A stretch of 64,000 bases of DNA from Candidatus Bathyarchaeum sp. (GCA_026014495.1 JAOZIF010000171.1:34997-98996); one strand, 5' to 3'. Counted from the stretch's first letter, positions 36,669 through 47,306 are shown. The notes: a model not told the origin generated them from the letters alone. A program made the numbers and translations.

Positions 36669-38165
36669 ATGGATTCTCTAGTTGAGCAAATGAACACCTT
36701 TTTTGAGCCGAAGGCAGTTGCGATAATAGGTGCCTCCCGTAGAAGCATGAAAGCAGGTCATGTTATCTTCAAGAACTTTGTTATAAACAAACAACGAAAT
36801 CTATTCAAAGCAAAACTGTATCCCGTTAACCCTGGAGAAAAAACCATCCAAGGCTTCCCTTGTTATGCATCAATTTTAGATATAAAAGACGAGGTTGACC
36901 TAGCGGTTATTGTTGTTCCAGCAAAATTTGTTCCAGACGTCATGAAAGAAGTCGCCCAAAAAAAAGTGAAAGCCGCAGCAATAATAACGTCTGGCTTTAG
37001 CGAAGTTGGAAACCACGAACTAGAAAAAGAGGTAACTGAAATTGCCAAAAAGGCGGGGATTCGTGTTCTTGGTCCAAACTGTTTGGGTGTTTATGACTCC
37101 AAAACTGGAGTAGATATGCTGTTTCTTCCTGAAACAAAAACTCTCACTACCGGAGACGAAGTTGTTGCTACACCCCGTCCAATGGCGGGACCAATTGCTA
37201 TAGTAACCCAGAGTGGCGCCTTCGGAGCTGCCGCCTTGGACTATCTGGCTGGTAAACAGATGGGTGTAAGCAAGTTTGTTAGTTTCGGAAACAAAGCAGA
37301 CGTAACTGCCTCAGAGATGCTTGAATATCTGTTGCATGACTCAAAAACTCAGGTTATTCTTTTCTATTCTGAGAGCATAGACAATGGGCGCGAGTTCATG
37401 AAAGTTGCCCGAAAAGTCACCTGTAAAAAGCCTGTTGTTGCTTTGAAGGTTGGACGTTCAGAGGCGGGAGCCCGTGCAGCTGCGTCCCACACTGGTTCGA
37501 TTGCTGGTTCTGACAAAATCTATGACAGCGCCTTCAAGCAGGTTGGCGTTCTAAGAGCAGCTGACTTGGAGGAGTTTTTTGATATGGGTAAAGCTTTGGC
37601 TTTTCAGCCTCCCGTTGCTGGAAACACTGTTGCGATAATCACCGACGCTGGGGGTCCTGGTATCATGGCTGTTGATGAGTGTGTAAATCAGGGCTTGAAC
37701 GTGAAACGTTTTTCGGCTGAAACTATAGCAAAGTTTGAGAAGCTAAAAAGTGAAGGAAAGATTCCACGTTTTGCTACTAATTATAATCCTGTTGACTTGA
37801 CTGGTTCAGTGACTTCTGAGATGTTTGAAGAGGGTATACGGATTCTTTTTGAGGACACAGAAATAGATGGTATTATTGTTTTGGGTTTGCATCATCTTCC
37901 TGCCCTTCAGGAGGATTTTGTTGATCGTGTGGCTGAACTTCGTAAGAAATATAACAAGTCAGTTGTTGCTTGTGATGTGGGCGAAACTGAGATGGCCCTT
38001 CATATCCGTTCAAGATTTGACAAGTTTGGGATTCCTTCTTATTTCTCTCCTGAGGATGCGGCTCGTGGCATGGCTGCCCTTGTTAAGTATGGAATGTACC
38101 TGAAGAAATGTGGGCAGTTTGATGCTTATGTGGCGTCATTCATGAAACGAAAAAATATGCTTTGA
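36669..38165 (+). CDS. acdA: ADP-forming acetate-CoA ligase subunit alpha
   Basis: AIIGASR, GFSEVG, GPNCLG, QSGAFG, AASHTGSIAG (phospho-His), NPVDLTG. Confidence 0.9.
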   Translation: MDSLVEQMNTFFEPKAVAIIGASRRSMKAGHVIFKNFVINKQRNLFKAKLYPVNPGEKTIQGFPCYASILDIKDEVDLAVIVVPAKFVPDVMKEVAQKKVKAAAIITSGFSEVGNHELEKEVTEIAKKAGIRVLGPNCLGVYDSKTGVDMLFLPETKTLTTGDEVVATPRPMAGPIAIVTQSGAFGAAALDYLAGKQMGVSKFVSFGNKADVTASEMLEYLLHDSKTQVILFYSESIDNGREFMKVARKVTCKKPVVALKVGRSEAGARAAASHTGSIAGSDKIYDSAFKQVGVLRAADLEEFFDMGKALAFQPPVAGNTVAIITDAGGPGIMAVDECVNQGLNVKRFSAETIAKFEKLKSEGKIPRFATNYNPVDLTGSVTSEMFEEGIRILFEDTEIDGIIVLGLHHLPALQEDFVDRVAELRKKYNKSVVACDVGETEMALHIRSRFDKFGIPSYFSPEDAARGMAALVKYGMYLKKCGQFDAYVASFMKRKNML

Positions 38166-38196
38166 TACCCGAAAAATATTTCATCACAAAAAAAGC

Positions 38197-38595
38197 TTAG
38201 GTCTGCTCTTTTAGCCATTGCGCAACCTTGCTAAACAGGTTGCTTGTGGACATGTCAATAACTGGTACCATAATTCTTTCTTTTGTTTCTATTATTGACT
38301 TGTACTGGGGCATGAGTGCGTAACTTACGAATGCCCAGTAAACTTTCTTTTCTTCGATGATCGCTTTTGCCGCGATTTCAGTTGATGTTGGTAGTGGATA
38401 GTAAATGAAGACAACTCCGTTTGCCCAGTATAGTCCAGTTGTTTTTCCTCCAACTGTAATGTTTGCGAATCGTGCCAGATCATCCACGTTTTTGAAGCGG
38501 GTTCGTTCCATTACTATGATTTCTCTGAAAGCTTCATCTTTGATAGTCGGGTCTTGCATACGAAATTTCTCCACACCACAGTTTCTCATAGCCAA
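38197..38595 (-). CDS. Conserved hypothetical protein
   Basis: 132 aa ORF; LYWANGVVF, IPV-type motif. Confidence 0.55.
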   Translation of the reverse strand: MAMRNCGVEKFRMQDPTIKDEAFREIIVMERTRFKNVDDLARFANITVGGKTTGLYWANGVVFIYYPLPTSTEIAAKAIIEEKKVYWAFVSYALMPQYKSIIETKERIMVPVIDMSTSNLFSKVAQWLKEQT

Positions 38596-38831
38596 GATAA
38601 TAAGAATTTGGGTAACAGCTTTTTAGCTGCAAAAAACTATTGGAAAAAACAAATCAAATCCCAAGTCAGGTTACACTGCAGACTACAGCGAACTGTTCTG
38701 GATACAAACAAGAGTTGATGGTGCATGCTAGTTTTTTTAACTATTCAAAACTAGGTTTCAACTGTTTTGGTCAAACTTTCTTGACAAAAATCTTTTTCAG
38801 TTCTACTTTTAGCTGTAATATTGGTGCCTTA

Positions 38832-41720
38832 GTGAAGAAAAAATGGGCAGTTCTTTTTGTGTTTCTCACTGTTTTATTATTGCCTGTTATTCCAAGCATT
38901 AAGACTGTTAATACACACGAAACTTTTTACATCAGGGCTAACGGAAGCGTTGACCCCGATACGGGAGTCATTAAACGAAATGGGGATGTCTACGTGCTCA
39001 CATCAGACCTTGAGGGGTCAATTTTTGTGGAGAGAGATAATGTTGTTGTCGATGGAGCAGGCTACATGCTTCATGGACCAGGGCCTAGGGAGTCAGAGGC
39101 AAGCGTGAAGTACTCTCATGGTGTAGAGATGCGAAACAGGTACAATGTTACCGTCAAGAATTTTTTGATAGACCGTTACGATTTTGGTTTCTGGCAGCAA
39201 GACTCTACAAATAATCTGGTTACTGGGAACACTATAACTAACAGCTTTATTCGAGCGGTGTATCTTCGTGGGGACTCCAACAATAATATTTTATCCAACA
39301 ATATCATAACCACTACTACAATTGGCATAGCTTTTGACCCGAATACAGGAAACAGTATTTTAGAAAACACGATAACAAACACGACATATGCGATTTCGTT
39401 GTATAATGCGCCAAACAACAGGTTCATTGGAAACATCATACATACCAACAAGTATGGGATATCTTTCGTCCAATCATCCAATAATGTGCTCAGAAACAAC
39501 ATGCTGTTTGATAACGAACAAAACTTGGTTATTTCCAGCAGCGACAGTGTCGCATTTTATGAAAGTTCAGACTTTATTCATGACATCGATACATCAAACA
39601 CAGTTAATGGTAAACCCATTTACTATTGGCTAAACGAGCATGACAAGATAGTTCCGTCTGATGCTGGATATGTTGGTCTGGTAAACTGCGTTAACATTAC
39701 TGTTCAAGACTTGCAGATTAGCAACAATGGTCCGGGCATATTACTGGCTCATACAACACATTCCAAAATAGCCAATAACAAAATAACAAACTGTGCAGAT
39801 GGCATCGCACTGGAATCAGCTTCTGAAAACAATATAGTGCATGGAAATGTGATGACAGGATGCGAGCGAGGGATTCATTTTTACAATTCTTCAAACATCA
39901 AAATTTACGATAATGTTATAGTTGGCAGTAGCGGAGACGGCATTGACCTCAGAGAGTATTCAACAGATAATGCGATTTATGACAACATAATCAAAGAAAA
40001 TGGGGGCAAAGCCATTTACACTGACACAATTTTAAACATCAGCATTTCCGGAAACAGCATAACGAACAATGAAGCAGGAATCTTTTCCGTTAATGCAAGA
40101 AGCACCAAAATACTCCTTTCTGGAAACTTTATAGCAAACAACAACGATTTTGGGGTTCGTTTTAGTGGCTACAGTTTGTTTTCAAGTAACATCAACGTAA
40201 CCGAGAACATTATATCAAATAACACGTGTGGTGTCTGGCTTCACGTTTTATCTGCTGTCAGGTTTACTGGAAATATGATAACAAACAATAGTATAGGCAT
40301 CAAGTTTAACGGATGCTACAATAATGTATTTCGAAGCAACAATATGCGTGGAAATCAGCAGACAATTGTTGTTTTAGGTGAAGACTTGGCAAGTTTCACT
40401 CAGGACATGGACGCATCTAATACGATTAACGGTAAACCAGTCTACTATTGGGTGGGCGTGAAAGACAAAGTTGTGCCATCTGACGCGGCTTATGTTGTTC
40501 TTGTAGACTGCGTTAACGTAACGGTTCAAGGTTTAGATTTTGTTAACAATACACAGGGATTGCTGTTAGCTTACACCAGCGACTCAACAATCATGTATAA
40601 CCGTTTGGCAGCAAACTACGGAAACGGCATTAATCTCTGGGAATCCAATGACAACTGTATTGTTGGAAACATTGTGACAGAAAACAATGATTGGGGCATT
40701 CAAATCTCTAACTCTTCTAACAACCTTATTGTGGGAAACACTATAACAAACAACGAGAATGGCATCCTGTTAAAGGAATCTAACGAGAACAGAGTTGTTG
40801 ACAATAGTATCTCAGACAACAATGGCATAGGCATCAGAATGCTTAGGTCTTCTACAAACACCATAAACGAAAACTACCTGACAAACAATCTTGTTGGTAT
40901 CGAACTGGAAAGTTCTCCAAATAATGTGTTCAGAACAAATAGCCTACTTAGTAACCCGTGCAACCTCAATATTGCAGGCGACAGTTACGTCAATGACATA
41001 GACACTTCAAACCTAATAGAAAGTAAACCAGTCTACTACTGGGTAAGTGTACGCGATAAGGCTGTGCCGTCTGACGCAGGATACGTGGCTCTCGTAAACT
41101 GCACAAACGTAACTGTTCAGAATCTACAGCTGTCACATAACGGGAAAGGTATACTGTTAGTTTACACAACAAGCTCAACAATAACTTTGAACACTCTGAC
41201 CGACAATCAGGTAGGGATCGGAATCTATAATTCAAGCAAAAATTTCATTTCTGAAAACTATGTCGCCAACAATGGATGGGGAATCGAGGTTGGGGATTCG
41301 TTCGAAAATGAGCTTGTCAGTAATCTGGTGGCCGAAAATAGCGGCTGGGGCATCCGTTTTACAGGCTCACAAAAAGACAACATTATTTATCATAACAATT
41401 TTGTCAACAACAACGTATCTGGGGGGATTCAGGTGTCCATCGATAAGCGTTATGGTCTTGGATTAGGTAATGCGTGGGACAATGGCTCTGAAGGCAACTA
41501 CTGGAGCGACTACGCATCAAGGTATCCTAACGCTACAGAAATCGAAGCCACAAAAATAGGCAACACAGTTTTTTACATCAACGAAAACAATCAAGATAAT
41601 TACCCATTGATGACCCAAACGATAATCCCTGAATTTTCATCATGGGTACTTGTTGTCTTATCGCTAATTCTAGTTTCAATATCTTCTACAGTATACCAAC
41701 GTAGACTGACCAAAAAGTAA
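38832..41720 (+). CDS. Large NosD/beta-helix surface protein with PEF-CTERM-like tail
   Basis: GTG 38832 plus signal peptide; YIRANGSVDP; three IDTSN..NGKP.YYW...VPSDA.YV.LV.C modules; GNYWSDY; IPEFSSW + TM. Confidence 0.8.
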   Translation: MKKKWAVLFVFLTVLLLPVIPSIKTVNTHETFYIRANGSVDPDTGVIKRNGDVYVLTSDLEGSIFVERDNVVVDGAGYMLHGPGPRESEASVKYSHGVEMRNRYNVTVKNFLIDRYDFGFWQQDSTNNLVTGNTITNSFIRAVYLRGDSNNNILSNNIITTTTIGIAFDPNTGNSILENTITNTTYAISLYNAPNNRFIGNIIHTNKYGISFVQSSNNVLRNNMLFDNEQNLVISSSDSVAFYESSDFIHDIDTSNTVNGKPIYYWLNEHDKIVPSDAGYVGLVNCVNITVQDLQISNNGPGILLAHTTHSKIANNKITNCADGIALESASENNIVHGNVMTGCERGIHFYNSSNIKIYDNVIVGSSGDGIDLREYSTDNAIYDNIIKENGGKAIYTDTILNISISGNSITNNEAGIFSVNARSTKILLSGNFIANNNDFGVRFSGYSLFSSNINVTENIISNNTCGVWLHVLSAVRFTGNMITNNSIGIKFNGCYNNVFRSNNMRGNQQTIVVLGEDLASFTQDMDASNTINGKPVYYWVGVKDKVVPSDAAYVVLVDCVNVTVQGLDFVNNTQGLLLAYTSDSTIMYNRLAANYGNGINLWESNDNCIVGNIVTENNDWGIQISNSSNNLIVGNTITNNENGILLKESNENRVVDNSISDNNGIGIRMLRSSTNTINENYLTNNLVGIELESSPNNVFRTNSLLSNPCNLNIAGDSYVNDIDTSNLIESKPVYYWVSVRDKAVPSDAGYVALVNCTNVTVQNLQLSHNGKGILLVYTTSSTITLNTLTDNQVGIGIYNSSKNFISENYVANNGWGIEVGDSFENELVSNLVAENSGWGIRFTGSQKDNIIYHNNFVNNNVSGGIQVSIDKRYGLGLGNAWDNGSEGNYWSDYASRYPNATEIEATKIGNTVFYINENNQDNYPLMTQTIIPEFSSWVLVVLSLILVSISSTVYQRRLTKK

Positions 41721-41735
41721 AGCCTAAAAAATCAA

Positions 41736-42755
41736 CTATAGTGGAGCAGCTTTTGCTGGTATTTTTAGCCGCTTTTCGATTTCTCTGGCGAAAATGTTTG
41801 CTGCCTCTGACCTGTGCTTGTCTGTTATAACAATTCTTGGATTGCACCTTTCCACATATTCTAGTAGCTCATTAAAGTCTGAGTGGTCACTTAGTGCAAC
41901 CACGTACTTGTTTGCTCCAACTCTTCGACATGGCTTTCTGAACTCCCAGCCGCTTGCGTGAATCTGTAAGGCTTCGTTTTCAACTTTTTTTCGGGAGTAT
42001 GAATGATAAAAGACGATTGATGGCTCATTTTGGTTTAGCATTGATTGAGCTTGTTCGCCGTCAAATGGGATTAGTTGTTTGCCCAGTTTCATTCCATGCT
42101 GTTCGCAAACCTTTGAAACTCTGAAAATTTTTTCTGGAACAATGAACGGCAGCTTTATTTTTGCCTCATAGAGTATTCTCATCATTTTCTGGAGCTTGCC
42201 ATGATATCCGAAAACGTATACTGGTCCTTGTTTTAAGCCCTGTTCAACCAAAGAGACAAACATGCCTTCAGCCATCATTCCGAATGGTCTGACACGAACA
42301 GGGTCACCGTAAGTTGCTTCCATGACCAGTATGTCTGTTTCCACTAGTGGTGTTCGAGAGTATCTGAAGTCGCTGGTGTAGAGTATCCGCGTTTGTTCTT
42401 TATCTTCAACAAGTGCTTGTGCTGTTCCTAAAATGTGGTCTGCATAATGAAAAGTCAATGTTTCATCCTCGTAGGTGAAGGCTTCGCCGTAATCGAGTGT
42501 TTTCACTGGTCCTCTGGCTAACCATTGTTGACCCTTTAGTGCATCTATCAAATCTTTTGTGGCTGGGGTCATCACTGTTATTTCGCTGTTCTTTAGGCTC
42601 TTTCCCAGCCCAACCATGTGGTCAGCGTGGGCGTGGGTGACTACTCTTATTGGTCTAGATTCGTCGTAGGCGTCGCATGCGACATGTTTTCCTAGCAGAA
42701 CTGCGCCCAGTTTGCTTACGTTAGCTTTTGATTGTAAGTGCGGCGCCTCAGACAC
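41736..42755 (-). CDS. MBL-fold (beta-CASP/SNM1-like) nuclease
   Basis: THAHADH, ADHILG, SDF, EATYG, SDHSDF. Confidence 0.8.
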   Translation of the reverse strand: MSEAPHLQSKANVSKLGAVLLGKHVACDAYDESRPIRVVTHAHADHMVGLGKSLKNSEITVMTPATKDLIDALKGQQWLARGPVKTLDYGEAFTYEDETLTFHYADHILGTAQALVEDKEQTRILYTSDFRYSRTPLVETDILVMEATYGDPVRVRPFGMMAEGMFVSLVEQGLKQGPVYVFGYHGKLQKMMRILYEAKIKLPFIVPEKIFRVSKVCEQHGMKLGKQLIPFDGEQAQSMLNQNEPSIVFYHSYSRKKVENEALQIHASGWEFRKPCRRVGANKYVVALSDHSDFNELLEYVERCNPRIVITDKHRSEAANIFAREIEKRLKIPAKAAPL

Positions 42756-42913
42756 TTTTTGTTTCTCCGATTAAATGAAACTGTTTCTGTGGACACTTTT
42801 AAACAATTCTTGTATTTTTCGATTTGGTTGCCAAACTAGACTATGGTGTTACTCTTGTTTATTGTGGTAATACTTTTAAGTTGTTGCAAGAAACTAACTC
42901 TGAGGTTCAAAAC

Positions 42914-43252
42914 ATGAACAGCAGAAACAAACATGAAGAAACCTCAAGAGTCCAATTTTTCCTTAAGAAAACTGACGCAGAGATTGCGCAGGCATTCAAA
43001 AAGCTGCATTTTGAGATAATGAAAGATGGATGTCTTTCTCGGAAAGACAAACTCATTATTGCTGTTGCCTCTGCAGTCGCAGCTAAGTGTGAACATTGTG
43101 TAAAAACGCTTTCAAAAGAAGCATTGCGTCAGGGAGTTACAATCGAGGAGTTAACTGAAGCAACATCAGTTGCAGCGGTTGTGTGTGGTGGTTCAGGTTT
43201 TAATTCTGCATCACTAATATTTGATTGTGTAGAGGATGAAAACATTGAGTGA
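42914..43252 (+). CDS. Carboxymuconolactone decarboxylase/AhpD family
   Basis: LSRKDKLIIAVASAVAAKCEHC, EELTEA. Confidence 0.85.
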   Translation: MNSRNKHEETSRVQFFLKKTDAEIAQAFKKLHFEIMKDGCLSRKDKLIIAVASAVAAKCEHCVKTLSKEALRQGVTIEELTEATSVAAVVCGGSGFNSASLIFDCVEDENIE

Positions 43253-43628
43253 AAACAAACAAAATAAATGCCAACAGTGTGGATGCCCTGTTTCATCTGA
43301 AGACCAATACGTCCTAAATGGTGTTACACTTTGTGATGACTGCTATTTGGAAGAAAAAAACCCTGTTCAAGCCTGTAATCCATTGGCTGTTTATTCTGCT
43401 AAACGTTTTCAGGAGTCAGGTGGACCAGACGCAGATGCAAACTTAACTGAGCAACAAAAGGCTATCTATAGTTTTGTAAAATCAAAGGGCAAAGTTACGC
43501 CACAAGAGCTTTGTAGCAAATTTGGTTTATCTCAAAGGCAACTTGAAAATCAGGTGGCTATTCTGCGGCACCTTGAATTGACTAAAGGCAAAAAAGAAGG
43601 AAACAAAATATACATAGTTCCTTTCTAG
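43236..43628 (+). CDS. Zinc finger plus winged-helix protein
   Basis: CQQC...CDDC, CNPLAV, C-terminal wHTH (LRHLEL.KG.KEG). Confidence 0.7.
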   Translation: MKTLSENKQNKCQQCGCPVSSEDQYVLNGVTLCDDCYLEEKNPVQACNPLAVYSAKRFQESGGPDADANLTEQQKAIYSFVKSKGKVTPQELCSKFGLSQRQLENQVAILRHLELTKGKKEGNKIYIVPF

Positions 43629-44266
43629 TCATCTTTAATTTTGAGCATGCAGTCAACCATTTTCCTGCAGAGCAAGCACTCCTGTGGGATGGGCTTGTCT
43701 TTTGGTCTATTAGCCAAGTATCCGAACTCTTCTGGGCAACCTGATGGCTCTGGCTCTTTTGTGGGTGTATCGTCTGTTTCTGGTTCGTTGTTGATTGTTT
43801 CCTCTTGTTCTAAAGATTCCAAAGGAATAGTTTCTTCTAATTCTTCTTCGCCAATAGCTTCTGGTTGTGGTTCTTGTTCCAGTTCTTCTTGTATAACTGC
43901 GGGGTCATCTTCCTCTATTTCATATTCGTTCTCTTTGTTTAGTCCATTGTTGGGAATCAAGGCTTTAACTTTCTGTAAAAATCTGGGACCTGAATCCTTG
44001 ACTTTTTCTATAACACCATCTACTTGGTTTTCTGCGGTTGGCTCTTCTTCCTGTTCAACTGCAGGTTCTGCAATTTCGTTTTGTTCGATTGATTGTTCTA
44101 ACTCTTCATTTTCAATTAGTGGTTCTTGTTCTAGTTTTGCAAAACAGTATGGGCAAGCTTCGTACTTTATTGGTGGCGTGACAGAAAGAACAGTTAACAC
44201 TATAGGTTCTTCGATTTCCCTTTGACATCTTGGATTTGGACAAATAACCACTACGGCTTCGGTCAA
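43625..44266 (-). CDS. Zn-finger / acidic linker / Cys-rich C-terminal domain protein
   Basis: CPNPRC, CPYC, Glu-rich middle, CPEEFGYL...CLLC....C. Confidence 0.65.
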   Translation of the reverse strand: MTEAVVVICPNPRCQREIEEPIVLTVLSVTPPIKYEACPYCFAKLEQEPLIENEELEQSIEQNEIAEPAVEQEEEPTAENQVDGVIEKVKDSGPRFLQKVKALIPNNGLNKENEYEIEEDDPAVIQEELEQEPQPEAIGEEELEETIPLESLEQEETINNEPETDDTPTKEPEPSGCPEEFGYLANRPKDKPIPQECLLCRKMVDCMLKIKDD

Positions 44267-44560
44267 TCTTGTTGCATCTCAACTCTTCTTTGATAAACAG
44301 TTGCTTTGTTCAACGTATTTAGGTTTAATGAATCTAAAATCTAGACACTCAATCTCCCGAAAAAACCTGTTTTTGATGTTTTCACCTCTTTTTTGGTGCT
44401 TTTTTTTACTATTAAAAATAGTTTTTCTGAAGTTTCGGAGTTAACTTTGTACCGCTTAAAGAGTTGTGCCTGATGTTTTTCTGATTATATTTAAATCAGT
44501 GGTAGCATAAGTTTGTGTTTGAGGGCTAATCACTAATCTTTGTCTATCAGGTGAAATTGT

Positions 44561-46015
44561 ATGGTTTTACGAGTTTTCAACACAATGAGCGGGCAACTTG
44601 AGGATTTCAAGCCAATACACGACAAACATGTTGGTTTGTATGTTTGTGGACCCACCGTTTACGACTGGGCTCATTTAGGTCACGCCCGAACATACATCGC
44701 TTTTGATGTTATTGTTCGTTGGCTTGAGTTTAAGGAATACTCTGTTTTTTACGTGCAAAACATAACTGATGTTGGTCACTTGACCACGGACACTGCTGAA
44801 GACAAGATTGTAAAGCGCGCAATAGAACGAAAAGTTGAGCCCATGCAGCTTGTAGAGTTTTACATGCGAGAATACTTCAAGGATTTAGATGCGTTGGGTG
44901 TGAAGCGACCAGATATTTCTCCCCGAGCCACAGGACATCTTCTTGAAATGATTGAATCTATCCAAGAGTTGATACAGAAGGGAATTGCGTATGAAGTTGA
45001 TGGGAACGTGTTCTTTGATGTGTCCAAACTCGATGATTATGGCAAACTTTCTAAGATTAAGCTTGATGAAATGCTTGAGGGCTCCAGATTCGAGGTTCAC
45101 AAGGACAAAAGAAATGCTCGAGACTTTGCGCTTTGGAAACGTGCTACGTCTGAAACCGTTCTTAAGTGGTGGAGTCCATGGGGTACAGGTTTTCCGGGAT
45201 GGCACATCGAGTGCGCGATTATGGGTTTAAAGTATCTGGGAAGCCAGTTTGACATTCACGGTGGGGCTCGTGACTTGATTTTTCCGCATCATGAAAACGA
45301 GATTGCTCAGAGTGAGGCATTAACTGGAAAGAAGCCTTTTGTTCAGTATTGGTTGCATACAGGTTTTCTGAAGATTAACGGCGAAAAGATGGCAAAGTCG
45401 CTGGGCAACTACATCACGGTCAGGGAGGCGCTCAAGAAGTATTCTGCTGAAGCTATTCGCCTTTTTGTAATGTCTACGCACTACCGAAGCGAAATCGATT
45501 TCACTGACGAGCGGCTAAAAGGCGCTGAAACCAGTTTGGCGAGGCTCTATAATGCTTTGGAGTCTTTGGAAGATGCCCAGACTGTTTCGGTGCATCGAGA
45601 ACCAAATGAGGCAGAAACCAAATTAGGTGAGAGCGTGGAGAATCTTAGAGAACAATTTGTAAACGCCATGGATGACGACTTTAATACTCCACAGGCGCTG
45701 GCTGCACTTTTTGATATGTCAAAGGCCATTAACAGGTTTTTGGACGAACAAAAACAAGTGAGCACAACGCTTCTAGAGAAAGTTTATGACAGTTTTTCTG
45801 GGCTTGGCAAAGCTTTGGGCATCTTTCAGCAAGAGAAAACCAAGGCTGTTGGCGAGAAACTGGTTGATGATTTGGTGAAGCTTTTGTTCGATTTGAGGAC
45901 GGAGCTACGTGAGAAGAAAGAGTATGGTTTGTCGGATGAGATTAGAGCCAGAATGAAGCAGTTTGGTTTGGTTATTGAGGATACGGCTGAGGGACCTAAG
46001 TGGAAACTAGCTTAA
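44561..46015 (+). CDS. cysS: Cysteinyl-tRNA synthetase
   Basis: CGPTVY...HLGH, GFPGWHIEC, HHENE, KMAKS. Confidence 0.97.
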   Translation: MVLRVFNTMSGQLEDFKPIHDKHVGLYVCGPTVYDWAHLGHARTYIAFDVIVRWLEFKEYSVFYVQNITDVGHLTTDTAEDKIVKRAIERKVEPMQLVEFYMREYFKDLDALGVKRPDISPRATGHLLEMIESIQELIQKGIAYEVDGNVFFDVSKLDDYGKLSKIKLDEMLEGSRFEVHKDKRNARDFALWKRATSETVLKWWSPWGTGFPGWHIECAIMGLKYLGSQFDIHGGARDLIFPHHENEIAQSEALTGKKPFVQYWLHTGFLKINGEKMAKSLGNYITVREALKKYSAEAIRLFVMSTHYRSEIDFTDERLKGAETSLARLYNALESLEDAQTVSVHREPNEAETKLGESVENLREQFVNAMDDDFNTPQALAALFDMSKAINRFLDEQKQVSTTLLEKVYDSFSGLGKALGIFQQEKTKAVGEKLVDDLVKLLFDLRTELREKKEYGLSDEIRARMKQFGLVIEDTAEGPKWKLA

Positions 46016-47193
46016 ACAGCGTTTATGACTCCGTTATTATCCACTTTAGCGGAGAGCTTTGGCTCAAAAAGCTTTGGACAAGAAAATATTACGAGAAGCG
46101 GCTTGCCAGAAACATAAAGCAAACCCTGAAGTTCTATCAAATTTCTTACAGTGAGCTTGTTCGTAGGCATGGCAGATTCTACTTGAAGACTGATTCAGCA
46201 GTCGAGGCGGCGGATAAACTGGCAAGGGTTTTTGGGATTTCATCTGTTTCGCCTGCAGTTGAAACTTCTTCTAAACTCGATGATGTAATCAAAAAGAGCC
46301 TGTTTGTGGCGGGTATCGCGTTAGAGGTGGGGAACAGTTTTGCTGTTAGATGTAAACGTGTTGGTGATCAAGAGTATTCAAGTTCTGATATACGTAATTT
46401 GTTGGGTCAAAAAGTCTTAGATGAGTTCGGTGAAAAACTGGGTTTGAGGGTTGATTTGGGTAACCCTGACATTGTTTTAGGTGTTGAAGTTAGAGACAAT
46501 CAGGCTTTTGTTTACTCGCAGACCTTTGAGGCTGTTGGTGGTATGCCTCTGGGTGTTCAGCCAAGGCTTGTTGGCTTGTTTAGTGGGGGAATTGATTCTG
46601 CTGTTGGGCTTTGGATGGTTATGAAGAGGGGCGGTCCAGTTGTGCCTGTCTATTTTGATAACAGTCCATTCACGGATGAGACCGTAACAGATAGAGCGTT
46701 GAAGGTTGCTGAGGTGCTTTTTAGTTGGGCAATCGGGTTCCCACGAAAGGTTTACGTTGTTCAGCACGGCGAAAACCTCAAACAAATTATGCAAACTAAC
46801 AGAAAATATTCTTGTCTTCTTTGTAAACGTATGATGTATCGTGTTGCTGAGCGGCTTGCAGAACAGTTGCATGCTGAAGGGATAGTCACCGGTGAAGCCA
46901 TAGGAGAGCAGGCTAGTCAAACCTTAACTAACCTGCGAGTGCTCAGCGCTGCTGTGAAAGAGTACCCTGTTCATAGGCCTTTGCTGGGTTTTGACAAACA
47001 AGAAACAGAGGCAATCGGAAGAAAAATTGGAACCTACGAGCTTTCAAGCACAAAAGCGGCAAGTTGTGGTGCTGTGCCATATCAACCATCCACCAAGGCA
47101 AAACTGGAAGAAATTCTCAAGGCAGAAGAAAAGCTGGACATACAAGCGATGGTTGAGCGATCGCTGGAATCCATCAAAATTGTTGAATTATAA
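46000..47193 (+). CDS. thiI: tRNA 4-thiouridine synthase (THUMP + PP-loop, no rhodanese domain)
   Basis: FSGGIDS, CLLCKR, TGEAIGEQASQT, RPLLG.DK, SCG. Confidence 0.9.
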   Translation: METSLNSVYDSVIIHFSGELWLKKLWTRKYYEKRLARNIKQTLKFYQISYSELVRRHGRFYLKTDSAVEAADKLARVFGISSVSPAVETSSKLDDVIKKSLFVAGIALEVGNSFAVRCKRVGDQEYSSSDIRNLLGQKVLDEFGEKLGLRVDLGNPDIVLGVEVRDNQAFVYSQTFEAVGGMPLGVQPRLVGLFSGGIDSAVGLWMVMKRGGPVVPVYFDNSPFTDETVTDRALKVAEVLFSWAIGFPRKVYVVQHGENLKQIMQTNRKYSCLLCKRMMYRVAERLAEQLHAEGIVTGEAIGEQASQTLTNLRVLSAAVKEYPVHRPLLGFDKQETEAIGRKIGTYELSSTKAASCGAVPYQPSTKAKLEEILKAEEKLDIQAMVERSLESIKIVEL

Positions 47194-47306
47194 CTTTCTG
47201 TTTGTGTTTGGGTTTTCAGGACCTTTGGTTCAAATGCTGGCATCAGTGATTACAGTTTTTATGTTCGACCTTACATATTATACTATATCGAACTGGAGGC
47301 AAACTA

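Noticed and set aside
43641-44225. 194-aa Ser-rich plus-strand ORF
   Set aside because: Antisense shadow of the Glu-rich gene at 43625-44266
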